Source: Scyliorhinus canicula
Lineage: Eukaryota
Assembly: GCF_902713615.1 (NCBI RefSeq)
Contig: NC_052147.1
Span: 233,437,758-233,501,757, forward strand
Reading direction: 5' to 3'
Length of the DNA: 64,000 bases
Part shown: piece by piece, positions 15,250-27,551 of the stretch
How positions within the stretch are numbered: the first letter of the stretch is position 1
How the letters are laid out: every line of letters starts with the position of its first letter
The notes under the pieces: generated by a model
Databases searched by the model: none
Told to the model about the DNA's origin: nothing
What the model saw: only the letters and a program-made list of their open reading frames with translations
Made by a program: the position numbers and the translations under genes

Positions 15250-16555
15250 CAGAATTGTTATGGCACCATTTGGTTCATCGTGCTGACTTTCCAACTGAGC
15301 ACCATGACTTAGTTCCGTTCCCCTTCCTTTTCCTCATTAATTGACTAACAATGACCGCTTGAATATCTCGATTGTACCTGTCTGCACCACACTTCCAGGC
15401 AATGCATTCCAGACCTGTGTGAAAAAGTTGTCACATAATATTTGCTCCTTTTGAAAATTACCTTAAATTTGTACCCTCTCATTCTTGATCCATTTATGAG
15501 CCGAACAGTTTCTTCCTATCTACTCTGTCCAGCTCCATCATAATTTTAAATATCTCTATCAAATCTCCTCATAGCCTCTCTCCAAGGAGATCAGTCCAAA
15601 CATCTCCAATCTATGCTTATGACTGAAGTTTCTCAGCCCTGAAACAATTCTTATAAACTTCTTCTGCACTCTCTCCAATGTCTTCACATCCTCCCTAGTG
15701 TGGCACCCAAACTGTACACAATATTCCAGCTGAGGTCTAACTAGTGTCTTGTATAAATTCAGCATAACATCCTTGCTCTATGCTCCTGTGAATAAACCCC
15801 AGCATAGTATATACTTTATTAACTGCTCTCTACCCGTCCAGCCACCTCCAATGCTCTATGCACATAAACACCCAGGTCCCTCTACTCCTGTAGCCCTTTT
15901 AAGGAATTTTAGCTCTTATTCTCCATGTTCTACCGATCAAAATGCATCACTTCATACATCTCCACATTGAAATTCATCTGCCACCTATCTACCCATTTCT
16001 CAAACTTGTCCATGTCCTTTTGAAGTTCTACACTGTCCTCTTCACCGTTTACAATGCTTCCAAGTTTCTTCATCTGCAAGCTTTGAAATTGTCCCCTGCA
16101 CAACAAGATCTAGATCATCAAAGTGTCAGGAAAATCAAGGGTCCCAATATCAACCGGAGGGGAAACACCGGTACAAGTTTTCTCCACTGACCATTACACT
16201 CTGCTTCCTATTATTCAGCCAAGTTTGTAGCCACGTTGCTACTACTCCTTTTATTCCAAGAGCTATTACTATTCTCACAAGTTTCTGTAGCAATGTATCG
16301 AATACCTTTTGAAAGTCCATGTACACCACATCAACAGTATTACCGTCATCAACACTTTCTGTTCCCTCCTCAAAAAAAATTTAACAATATATTTTTCCTT
16401 TTGAAATCCATGCAGGTTCTTCCGAATCAACCCGCATTTTTCTAGGTGACTACTAATTTAATCCCAAATAATTGTTTCTAGATGTTTGTCCACTATTGGT
16501 TAAACTAACCAGCCTGTGATTGCTGGAGCTATTCTTACAACCTTTTTTGAACATG
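15250..16555 (-). mobile_element. CR1-clade LINE 3' fragment
   Basis: LYKTLVRPQLEYCVQF motif typical of the CR1 ORF2 C-terminus; decayed. Confidence 0.7.
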
Positions 16556-17258
16556 GCAGCTATCAAAGAAAAAGCATTTGACACCTGCATTTTACAATTA
16601 GATGAAATAAAAGATGCTATAATCCTGACAATTTAATGTACTGCAAATTCAATGCTGTGAAAAAAATAAATTCCTGGAAGAGTAAATAGAAACAGAATAC
16701 CAGATAGCTCACACAATTGTTTACCACATCTTAACTGTAATAAGATAAACCAATGGTACCATTATTTTCCCATCCTGCTCATTCCCAAGAAACCCATTCC
16801 AAATTAGCAATATTCCCAATTTGTTCACAAACACTGCAGGTTAAATAATAGTATTCATCAAAAAAAATAAAAGAGGAAAAAAAACATGGATGCAGTGTTG
16901 TCACTTGCTTAATTTGGTGGATCAGAACCCTACCAAGGGTGATGGAACTGTAACCACCAGTGCTTCAACTGGGCTATACTACCTCAAAACGCTCTCCATA
17001 GATACGAACAGATTCCACGATCTCAAAGTAACAAAACTGTAACTCAATAGGGTCACCATATGGTTCAAAAATAGCCTTGCCAACAAGAACAGGTTTCTGC
17101 CAGTGACTGAAACAGAGGTGTTGCTCATTCACAAACACAAAGGAGATTTCACATCCGAATTACACACAACAGTTTCCACGGCGAGGTCGCTTCTCTCGAT
17201 CATGATCACACATACTGTGCATTGTTGGTTACCCGCTTTTCCAACCACCTGAACGTAC

Positions 17259-17389
17259 CTGTACTGCCAGCCCTTCCCTCGCCCCGCCAGCTTGTGGACA
17301 GACGTCTCTGCTTTCACCTCAGGTTCAGGCACTTTCATGGAGGCGGAGGCTGAAGCTAGGGCTGCAACTGTCACGTCCCCGCCTTGCAT
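17259..17389 (-). CDS. OSBPL11: Oxysterol-binding protein-related protein 11-like, coding exon 1 (rest of gene lies left of the window)
   Basis: Translates as MQGGDVTVAALASASASMKVPEPEVKAETSVHKLAGRGKGWQY(S/R), resembling the human OSBPL11 N-terminus as I recall it (MQGGE...MKVSESEGKLE...AKGWQYS). Ends in a phase-2 donor AG|GTACGT at 17259/17258 and lies in a CpG island. I found no exon 2 (YLMKYTN...GWQYR) in 1-17258. Confidence 0.85.
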
Positions 17390-17800
17390 TGTCGAGCTCC
17401 TCAGCGGCAGCTACGGCGGCTCCCGGCCGGGGGCTCCAGGGTACACAGGGTGCCGGGCGTGTTGCAGGGCTGCAGACGGGATCGCCAGGCGGCTCCTCCG
17501 CTGCGAGTGACAATTAGCAGCGGGCCCCGACCCACATTGTAACCTGCCAGGCTGACCCCGGAAGCTGTCAGGGGGGCCGAAAGCCGCTCACGCGGTGAGT
17601 CGCCGGATCGCGTCACAATGACCCGCCGGAGAGGGGGGAAATCAGCTGCAGTTACGTCACTCCAAAGCTATCTCTTCCGGGTTGCTGGCTTTCCCTGGCT
17701 TCCTTGGACCCAGGGACTGAAGTTACTTATTTCCAAATCCCGCCATTTCCCGTCCTAATTGCACCGCCTCGTTAAATCTCTTCGGCACCTCCCTCAGGAT
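17260..17800 (-). promoter_or_regulatory. CpG-island promoter / 5' region of the OSBPL11-like gene
   Basis: GC/CpG-rich non-repeat block in an AT-rich background. Contains CRE/ATF-like TTACGTCA (17652-17659), ETS CTTCCGG (17674-17680) and YY1-like CCGCCATTT (17740-17748), a typical housekeeping promoter set. Confidence 0.7.
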
Positions 17801-18954
17801 GAAGCTGATGGTTCGGCTTCTGTTTGGTCCTAAATGCATGGGTCCGTTAGGACCACATTCTTCCTTGTCCAGGAAACTGTCTGCAGATATCTTACTGCCC
17901 TGAAACCTTAGGCCTCGCCCTTGATGAACTTCAGTTGATTTAGATATTCACAGTTCATGCCTTGCCATTGTTGCCGAGCTGCACTAATACCCTTTCGCCC
18001 AGTGAATTGATTTCAAACCCTTCCAGAACCTATTTATTTTTTACTTACAATGAGCTATATTCACCAACTGCCCGCTCTATCCCATCGGACTGTGGCCCAG
18101 CACTTCAAATTAATTCTAAAAACTACTTTGGTTTTCGCTTCCCCTCTCACTATAAATCTGTCCAAATAACAACCACCCACCCATTTTACCCTGCCTTGGA
18201 TCTGTTCTTTTTGTATGTACTTTAATAGCAAAGATGCAGAATTCTGTAATTTTATCTTTGTTGGAATAACTAAGATTTGCACTGTGATTTCTTTAAAGCA
18301 CATTGAAGTATTAGCAACATACAATTTAGACAAATTATTTACAATATTTCCTTCTGTTTTGCCCACATTAGTAACATGGAAGCCAAACATCATAGCATGG
18401 TGAAAACATCACAGGAACACCAACAGAAACTGCTGGACAATCTTATCAGATCTGACAGCATCTATGGGGAGAGAGAGAGCAGAGCTAACGTTTCAAGTCT
18501 GGATGACTCTGTCAACGTTTTTAATCACAGGGACACATTTCAACAACCCTTTCAGACAGTGAGTTACAGACTCACTTGACCTTCTGGGTAAAAAAAATGC
18601 TTCAACGACCTACTACTACCAGATACCTTAAATCTTTGCCCCCTGGTTGTTGACTTCGCTGAAGGGAAATAGATACTTCCTATCTATACTCATAATTATA
18701 CACATGTTACTAAAATCTCCCTTCAACCTCTTGTTCCAAAGAAAACCGCACCAGCCTATCTAATCTTTCCTCAGTTAAATTTTGCCAGTCCTGGAAGCAT
18801 CCTTAATAATTTACTCTATACCCTCTCTGGTGCATCCTTCCTCTAATGCAGTCACCAAAACTGCAGACTGTATAACTGGCAAAACGAATGTTTTATGCAA
18901 TTCTAGCATAATTTCCCTGCTTTTATATTTTCTGGCACAGTTAATTATTTTTAT

Positions 18955-20420
18955 TTGCTTATAGGATGTGTATATCACTGGCTAAGCCAGCACTTGTCCA
19001 TCCTTAGTCACTTTTCAAAGGATGCCTTCTTGAACCACTGCAGTCCATGCGATGTACATGCAGGCATGTGGATATGGAAAGCATTCCAGGAACAAATACA
19101 GAAAATGCTGTAAAATCTCTGCAGGTCTGACAGCAGCTGTGGAGAGAGAACATAGCTAATGTTTGAATCTGGATGACTCTTTGTCAAAGCTTTGCTTTTA
19201 TATAAGGATTTCTATGTCTTTGACCTAGCAACAGTGGAGCAATGGGAATATCGGGCGGGATTCTCCGATCCCCGATGCCGAAATCGCGTTCGGCCACAGA
19301 GTGGAGAATCCCCGATGACGGTGAAATGAGGGATGTGCTGCTTTTGTGATGCTCCGGCATTGCCTGAGGCCCTCCCTGCGATGCTCCGTACCTGACTGGC
19401 CGAGTTCCTGACAGCGTGGGACTCTCGTGGTCTCGTCTGTCGGGAACTCAGCGTGACGGCTGCGGACTCAGTCCAGCGTCGTCACAGTCGGGGGAGGAAC
19501 GATCCGTGGACAGGAGGAGTATTATTCGGGGCTGGAGGGGCAGTCTGGGGCATGTGAGCTGGCCGAAGGGGGACTATTTTTGCGGGTCGGATCCATGGGC
19601 TGCGTCCGCCATGAAGCATGGCGTGGCCGCTGCAGGCTGCCGCCGTGCGCGTGTGCGGCCAGAGATACGGCAATGTTCCAGGCCATATCAGCAGCTACAG
19701 CTGGGAGTTCTACACTGCCTGGCTGCTAGACCCCCTCCGGAGAAGGGATTCAGTGCCCGTTTTACTCCAGTATTCCTGGCGCAAAACACCACCATTTTCA
19801 TGCTGGCGGAGGGACTTGGTTTCCCAAATGGAGAATCTAGCCCTTAGTTCCCACGTCAAAATAGTTTGTGACTTGAAGGTGATGGTGTTTCCTAATGTCT
19901 GCTACCCTTGACCTTCTAGGTCGTTGAGGTCATGGGTTTGGAAGGTGTTCTTGAAGGAGGCTGGCAAGTTGTTGAAGTGCATCTTGTAGATGGCACATAC
20001 TGTGCGTGGTGGTGGAGGGAGTGAATGTTTTCGGGCTGCATTGTGCTGGATTGTGTTGAGTTTCTTGAGTGTTAAGAAGAACAAAGATGTGTTGATAGAG
20101 CTGCAGTCAGCCAGCCAAGTGGAGAGTATTCCACCACATTTCTAACTTGTGCCTTGTAGATGGTGGACAGGCGGGAGTCAGGAAGTGAGTTACATGCCAC
20201 AGAAATCCCAATCTTTGACCTGATGTAGGCACAGTATATAGCAAGTCCTGATAAGTTTCTGATCAATGTTCACCCCCAGGATGTTGATAGTTGAGAATTT
20301 AGCTGTTAAATGGCATGGGGAGATGGTTCGACATTTTCTTATTGGAGATCATCATTCCCTGGCATTTGTATGCACAAGTGTTATTTGCCACTGCAAGCCT
20401 GAATGTTGCCCAAGTTTTGC
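18955..20420 (-). mobile_element. Decayed non-LTR LINE 3' part, interrupted by a Penelope-like remnant and a MITE
   Basis: LSTIYKAQVRNVVEYSPL motif; 3' tail shared with the SINE at 10810-11135. Confidence 0.5.
19253..19843. mobile_element. Harbinger-type non-autonomous element (MITE)
   Basis: TIRs GGGCGGGATTCTCC / GGAGAATCTAGCCC; GC-rich interior. Confidence 0.7.
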
Positions 20421-20439
20421 TACAAGTGGGCAGATACGA

Positions 20440-21310
20440 ACATATGAATTAGGAGGAGCAGCAGCCCCTCGAATCTGCTCGCCATTCAATCAGATAATGG
20501 CTAATCTGATTGTTACCTCAATCCCACATTCCTGCCTCTCCCTGATAACCTTTCCTCCCTTGTTAATCAAATATCTATCCAGCTCTGCCTTAAAAATACT
20601 CAAAAGAGTCTGCTTCAACTGCTTTTGAGGAAGAGAATTTCAGAGACTTACTACCCTCCCAGAGAAAGATATTCTCCGCACCTCGATCTTAAATGAGTGA
20701 CCCTTTATTTTTAAACAGTGACCCCAATTCTAGATTCTCCGACGAGGAAACATCCTCTCCATATCTACCCTGTCAGTACCAATCAGGATCTTAAAGGTTT
20801 CAATTAAGTTGACGTTTAATTTTCTAAACTCTAATGGATACAAGCCTTTTTTTTAAATACATTTATAGTACCCAATTTTTTTTTTCTAATTAAGGGGCAA
20901 TTTAGCATGCCCAATCCACCTGACCTGCACATCTTTGGGTTGTGGGAATGAAACCCACGCATACATGGGGAGTATGTGTAAACTCCACACAGACAGTGAC
21001 CCAGGGCCGGGATTCGAACCCGGGTCCTCAACGCCACAATCCCAGTGCTAACCACTGCTCCACATGCCGCCCGCTAATGGATACAAACCTCACCTTCCCC
21101 ACCTTTGTTCATTATACAACCTGTCCATTCCTGGTATTAATTTAATAAACCTCCTCTGAACTGCTTCGAAAGCATTCGTATATTTCCCTAAGTAAGGAGA
21201 CCATTACTGAACGCAATTCTCCAGATATGGTCTCGCCAATGTCCTATACAGCTAAAGAATAACCTCCCTACTTTTGTAATCAATTTCCCTCACAACAAAC
21301 AACATCATTC
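20440..21310 (-). mobile_element. CR1-clade LINE 3' fragment with nested SINE (20850-21072)
   Basis: Similar to the other CR1 3' ends in the window. Confidence 0.6.
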
Positions 21311-21674
21311 CTTAGAATCCATAGAATCGCTGAAGTGCTGAAGGCCATTCCGCCCATCATGCCTGCACCAACCCTCTGAAAGACCTAGGCCCACTCCCTC
21401 ACGCTAACCCAGCGCATTGATCATGGCCAATCCACCTAACCTGCACACCTTTGGACTGTGGGAGGAAATTGGAGCACCCGGAAGAAACTCATGATGGCAT
21501 GGGAAGAACATGAAAACTCCACACAATCACCCAAGGTCTGAATTGACCCAAGCTGGAAATCGAACCTGAGACCCTGGCACTGTGAAGCAACAGTACTAAC
21601 CACTGTGCTATCCTGCCGTAGAGGTGCTGCAGCCCATCAAGTCTGCACTGATGCATGAAAGGCCCTGACCTATC

Positions 21675-21969
21675 TGTGGTGAATTCACACTGTAATTGTA
21701 ATTCACACTGTATTGCATTGCATTGTATTATGTCCTTGTGGGCTCTGTATGTGAGCCGTTGCGCGGCTCTGCCCATAGGGGGAGATGAGGAGCCTGTACA
21801 GGGCTCCACCCTTGGCTCTGCCCATGGCCCCTCCCACTACCGGAAGTATAAAGTGCTGCAGCCGTAAGCCTGCTCTCAGTTCCTCTGGTCACAGGCAGGC
21901 TCAGTTGTAAGACTATTAAAACCACAGTTTACTTCCAATCGTGTCTCTAGTGAATTGATGGTCACATCA
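21675..21969 (+). repeat. 5' LTR of Gypsy element 1
   Basis: TG...CA ends; TATAAA 21847-21852; Inr-like TCAGTT about 21876; ATTAAA 21915-21920. Confidence 0.92.
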
Positions 21970-23079
21970 ATTTAATAGTCTTAGAAAACTTGAAGAAAAC
22001 TACTATGGAATCAGCCCTCAAACCTGATCGATTAGAACTCGACCCGCAGGCTGCAGAGGCGAAGGAAATCTTCCTACACGGGCTTCGATGTTTCAAGGCC
22101 TACCTGGCTGAATCAAGCACATCCGAGACTACAGAGGAGCAGAAACGCAGCCTACTGCACGCACGGGTGAGCCATCGTATTTCTACGCAACTCAATTGTA
22201 CCACCTCATATACTGAGGCCCTGGCTATGCTCGACCGACTGTACGTGCGGCCGATTAACGAAGTCTACGCATGGCACATTTTCACGACCCGCCACCAGCG
22301 CCCCGCAGAGTCGCTAGAAGACTTTCTGCGCGATTTAATAGCTCTTGCTCGGGACTGCAATTTTCAGGCTGTAACAGCCGCCCAGCATATGGAACTCGCT
22401 GTCCGTGGTATATACGTTGCAGGGCTCAGGTCCAACTATGTGCGCCAGCGATTGCTTGAAAAAGAGGCCCAGAACTTGGAGGACACGGTAGAGTTAGCTA
22501 CGTCTATGGAGGTCGCGTTCCGCAGTTTGAACTCATTCCCCGCGGACCAAGCGACCCCATCGTGGGCCCCCGACCAGCGACTGCCGCAGGCCTGCGCCGC
22601 GTGGCCACCCACACACTATGGAGCGCCAGCGTGCCATTTTTGTGGCCAGCCCCAACTCCCACGGCAGCACTGCCAGTCCCGCAATGCGACCTGCAGCAGC
22701 TGCGGTTGCAAAGGACACTATGCCCGAGTATGCCTAGCAAAATCGAAAACTCCAAACTCCCCCGCAGTCCAGAGCACTCGCCTCCCAAACTCACAGGCCC
22801 GCAGGCCCCGTAATGCTGCAGCGTGTCTGCCGACTCCGCCTCCACCCGACATGTACGACTCATGGGTGCCGCCATCTTGGCAACCCTCCTCCACGTGGGT
22901 GGCCACGTGCGAATCATGGGGGCTGCCATCTTGGACACCATCTTCCTCGCCTACCGCCACGTGCGAACCACGGGGGTGTCCATCTTGGACGGCATCTTCT
23001 GCAGCACCCGCCACGTGCGATCAACGGGGGCCGCCATCTTGGCCATCAACCGAACCGAACCTCAACGACTACGACCTCA

Positions 23080-23271
23080 GCGGACAGTCATCACGGGGCC
23101 ACTCCAACACAGCTGATCGAGCTGCCGACTACCCGCAACTCAACACAGTCACGTTGGACCAGTCGTGTCCGAAGCGCGGACAGTCTTCACGGGGCCACTC
23201 CAACACAGCTGATCGAGCTGCCGACTACCCGCAACTCAACGCAGTCACGTTGGACTAGTCGCGTCCGAAGC
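23080..23271 (+). repeat. In-frame 96-bp tandem duplication at the gag/protease boundary
   Basis: 23080-23175 repeated at 23176-23271. The second copy carries a CAG>TAG stop at 23256. Confidence 0.9.
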
Positions 23272-24472
23272 ACCTCCAGAGCTCGATAATGTCCGTTAAA
23301 ATCAATGGGTACAGGACACCGTGCCTCTTCGACTCAGGGAGCACCGAGAGCTTTGTACATCCTGACCTGGTGAGACGCTGTTCGCTCCCTATCTTCCCTG
23401 CACGGCAAACTATCTCCCTCGCCTCGGGCTCACACTCAGTCCACATACAAGGGCACACCGTCGCGACCCTAACAATTCAGGGCGCCAGCTATTCTAATTT
23501 CTAGCTGTACGTACTCCCCGACCTCTGTGCCCCACTCTTACTTGGACTCGATTTCCATTGTAATCTCAAGAGCCTCACACTCAGCTTCGGCGGACCCCTA
23601 CCTCCACTCACTATCTGCAGTCTAGCGACACTAAAAATCGACCCCCCTCAACTCTTCGCTAATCTCACTTCGAACTGCAAACCCGTAGCCACTCGCAGCA
23701 GGCGGTATAGCCTGCAGGACAGGGTATTTGTTAGAGCCGAAGTCCAGCGGCTCCTACATGAGGGAGTCGTGGAGGCCAGTAACAGCCCCTGGAGAGCTCA
23801 GGTGGTGGTCGTCAAGACCGGGGAAAAGTTCAGAATCGTGGTTGATTATAGCCAAACCATTAACCGGTTCACGCACCTCGATGCGTACCCCCTCCCCATA
23901 ATTGCAGACATGGTTAATCAGATCGCCCAGTACCGCATATTTTCCACGGTGGATCTGAGATCTGCTTACCACCAGCTTCCAATCCGCCCGGAGGACCGCC
24001 ACTACACGGCGTTCGAGGCAGATGGCTGCCTCTTCCATTTCCTCCGGGTCCCCTTTGGCGTCACGAATGGGGTCTCGGTGTTCCAACGAACAATGGACCG
24101 AATGGTGGACCAGTACGGGCTGCGGGCTACATTTCCGTACTTGGACAATGTCACCATCTGCGGCCATGATCAGCAGGACCACGACGCCAACCTCCACAGA
24201 TTTCTCCAAACTGCCCAGAAACTCAATCTCACCTACAATAAGGAGAAATGTGTTTTCCGCACAACCAGACTAGCCATCCTCGGCTATGTCGTGGAAAACG
24301 GAGTCCTGGGCCCCGACCCGGACCATATGCGCCCCCTCTTACAACTCCCTCTCCCTCATTGTCCCAGGGCCCTCAAGAGGTGCCTGGGACTTTTCTCTTA
24401 TTATGCCCAGTGGGTCCCCCAGTATGCGGACAAAGCCCGCCCACTATTTAAGACCACACTCTTCCCACTGTT

Positions 24473-25878
24473 TTTTTTTTTTTTTTTTATAAATGTTTTT
24501 ATTCAGTTTTCGTATTTTATATTGAACAAATTACAAATTGTTAGGAGAGAGAAAAAAAAAAACAAACAAAAACAAACACGCAAAAATTAACATACATATT
24601 TACAGGTAAGCATCTTCGTAGTAGTAACTGCGCCCCCCCCCCCCCCCCCCCCAACATGTTTATTTAGCTTGGTTTTGGGCCTTAGCTAGCCATCGAACCC
24701 CCGTAACGAACCTGTAGCCCCCCCCCCCCCTCCCGCTACCTTCCCCCGACTATTCTTCCTCTTGTACATTGGCCACAAATAGGTCCCGGAACAGTTGCAT
24801 GAATGGCTCCCACGTTCTGTGGAAGCCGTCGTCCGACCCTCGGATGGCAAATTTGATTTTCTCCATTTGGAGAGATTCCGAGAGGTCGGACAGCCAGTCC
24901 GCAGCTCTGGGCGGTGCTGCTGACCGCCAGCCAAACAGGATTCTACGGCGGGCGATCAGGGAGGCAAAGGCAAGGGCATCCGCCCTCCTCCCCAGGAATA
25001 GATCTGGCTGTTCTGAAACCCCGAAGATCGCCACTATCGGGCATGGCTCCACCCTCACTCCCACCACTTTGGACATTACCTCGAAGAAGGCTGTCCAGTA
25101 CTCCACGAGTCTGGGGCAGGACCAGAACATGTGGGCGTGGTTGGCCGGGCCTCTTTGGCACCGTTCACATCTGTCTTCCACCTCCGGGAAGAACCTACTC
25201 ATACGGGTTCTTGTTAAGTGGGCTCTATGTACCACTTTTAGTTGCGTCAGGCTGAGCCTTGCGCACGTGGAGGTGGAGTTGACCCTATGCAGTGCTTCGC
25301 TCCAGAGTCCCCACCCGATCTCCATCCCCAGGTCGTCCTCCCATTTCCTCCTTGTTGCGTCCAGTACGGTGTCGTCCCTATCTACCAGTCGGTCATACAT
25401 GTCACTACAGTTCCCTTTCTCTAGGATACTTGCGTCCAGTAGGTCTTCCAGTAGTGTCTGTCGTGGCGGTTGTGGGTACGTCCTTGTCTCCTTTCGTAGG
25501 AAGTTTTTGAGCTGCAGGTACCGTAGCTCGTTCCCCCCAGCTAGCTGAAATTTCTCTGTCAGTTCGTCCAGTGTTGCGATCCTGTCGTCCGTGTATAGGT
25601 CCCTGACTGTCAGTGTCCCCCCGTCCTGCCTCCACCTTTTGAAGGTGGCGTCGGTCAGTGCTGGTTTGAACCTATGGTTGTTGCAGATGGGAGCCCTGTT
25701 CGACATTTTGGTCAGGCCAAGTTGCTGCCGCAGTTGGTTCCAGGATTGGAGGGTGGCTGTCACCACTGGGCTGCTGGAGTGTTTTTTGGGTGGGGATGGG
25801 AGTGCTGCCGTGGCGAGGGCCCGGAGGGAGGTTCCCATGCAGGAGGCCTCCTCCGCACGCACCCACTCAGCTTCTGGC
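24473..25878 (-). mobile_element. 5'-truncated L1-clade LINE inserted in Gypsy pol
   Basis: Poly(T) on the + strand at 24471; AATAAA; open ORF2 C-terminus with CERC...HMFWSC; TSD cactcttcccactgtt (24457-24472 / 25879-25894). Confidence 0.95.
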
Positions 25879-27258
25879 CACTCTTCCCACTGTTGGCTGA
25901 GGCCCGCCAGGCCTTCAACTGCATTAAGGAGGACATCACCAAAGCTGCCATGCGGGCGGTGGATGAATCCGTCCCCTTTCAAGTGGAGAGCGACGCCTCA
26001 GAGGTCGCTCTCGCCGCCACTCTGAATCAGGCCTTCTTCTCCCGAACCCTCTCCGCTTCGGAACTTCGACACTCCTTAGTCGAAAAGGAAGCTCAATCCA
26101 TTGTGGAAGCCGTACGGCACTGGAGGCACTACCCGGCTTGCCCACTATGTCAAAGCCCGAAATCTGCCTTTCTTCACCGAGGAGGTCAAAGCCAACACCA
26201 GGGATTGCCCGATCTGCGCGGAGTGCAAAACGCACTTCTATAGACAAGACAAGGCCCACCTGGTAAAGGCATCCCGGCCCTTTGAACGCCTGAGCATCGA
26301 TTTCAAAGGGCCACTCCCCTGGACCAATCGAAATGTGTACTTTCTGAACGTCATCGATGAGTTCTCCCGCTTCCCCTTTGCCATCCTGTGCCCCGATATG
26401 ACCTCCCACACAGTCATCATAGCTCTGCACAGTGTCTTCACCCTGTTCGGTTTCCCCAGCTACGTACACAGCGACAGGGGTTCGTCCTTCATGAGCGTCG
26501 CGCTGCGTCAGTACCTGCTCGACAAGGGCCTCGCCTCGAGCAGGACTACCAGCTACAACCCCAGGGGGAACGGGCAGGTGGAGAGGGAGCACATGACGGT
26601 CTGGAAGACCGTCCTACTGACCCTCCGGTCCAGGAATCTCCCGACCTCCCATTAGCAAGAGGTCCTCCCCGACGCGCTCCATGCAATTAGGTCCCTCCTA
26701 TGCACCGCCACCAACCAGACCTCTCACGAACGACTATTTGTTTTCTCTAGGGGCACTACCACGGGGGCTTCGCTCCCATCCTAGTTGAGGACACCGGGCC
26801 TGGTTCTCCTCCGGAAGCGCGTCCGGACACACAAAACAGACCCGCTAGTAGAGAGAGTGTTACTGCTTAATTCAAACCCCCAATACGCCTTTATTGAATA
26901 CCCATACGGCCGTCAGGACACCGTTTCCCTCCGGGACCTGGCGCCTGCAGGATCCAACACCACGACCACCACTGCCGAGGTACCCCTCACACTACACCCC
27001 ACCCAACCCCCCACGCCCTGCACCTGTAGGTTTCCTACCCCTTGCGCCGTCGCCCGTCGCACCGGTCAGGTATGAAGCTCGGACCGAAACACCCCCGGAG
27101 TCCGCCCTCATACCCACACCGATCGTCACCACCCAGCCACCCGAAGAGGCTGCAACCCCGGTGCTCCGCCGATCCCAAAGGACGACTCAGCCACCGGACC
27201 GGCTCAACTTGTAGACCCATCACCCCCGCCGGACTTGATTTTTTTTACAGGGGGTGAA

Positions 27259-27551
27259 CGTGGTGAATTATACTGTATTGTAATTCACACTGTATTGCAT
27301 TGCATTGTATTATTTCCTTGTGGGCTCTGTATGTGAGCCGTTGCGTGGCTCTACCCATAGGGGGAGATGAGGAGCTTGTACTGGGCTCCACCCTTGGCTC
27401 CGCCCATGACCCCTCCCACTACCGGAAGTATAAAGTGCTGCAGCCGTAAGCCTGCTCTCAGTTCCTCTGGTCGCAGGCAGGCTCAGTTGTAAGACTATTA
27501 AAACCACAGTTTACTTCCAATCGTGTCTCTAGTGAATTGATGGTCACATCA
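27259..27551 (+). repeat. 3' LTR of Gypsy element 1
   Basis: Direct repeat of 21675-21969; first base T>C. Confidence 0.92.

Larger units (their letters stand above)
22005..27214 (+). pseudogene. Disrupted gag-pol of Gypsy element 1
   Basis: Gag MESALKPDRLELDP with two CCHC-type knuckles (the first lacking its His); protease LFDSGS; RT (VDY..IN, VPFGV, YLDN); RNase H SDAS...FFSRTL; integrase SIDFKGP / HSDRG / NGQVER. Has stop codons, an internal deletion near 26132 and an L1 insertion. Confidence 0.9.
21675..27551 (+). mobile_element. Gypsy/Ty3 LTR retrotransposon (decayed), two LTRs, interrupted by an L1
   Basis: 5' LTR 21675-21969 and 3' LTR 27259-27551 (about 10 substitutions + 2 indels by my count); polypurine tract AGGGGGTGAA before the 3' LTR; gag-PR-RT-RH-IN order. 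Confidence 0.95.

Noticed and set aside
17292-17616. Overlapping ORFs in the CpG island as separate genes or uORFs
   Set aside because: GC-rich, mostly non-ATG starts, no recognisable protein; only the MQGG frame matches a known family.
22865-23271. Periodic repeats as a CRISPR-like array
   Set aside because: Eukaryotic context, in-frame within gag, spacers mutually similar, no cas genes.
24750-25982. 410-aa ORF as a novel fusion gene
   Set aside because: It is L1 ORF2 C-terminus plus chance read-through into antisense Gypsy pol across the TSD.
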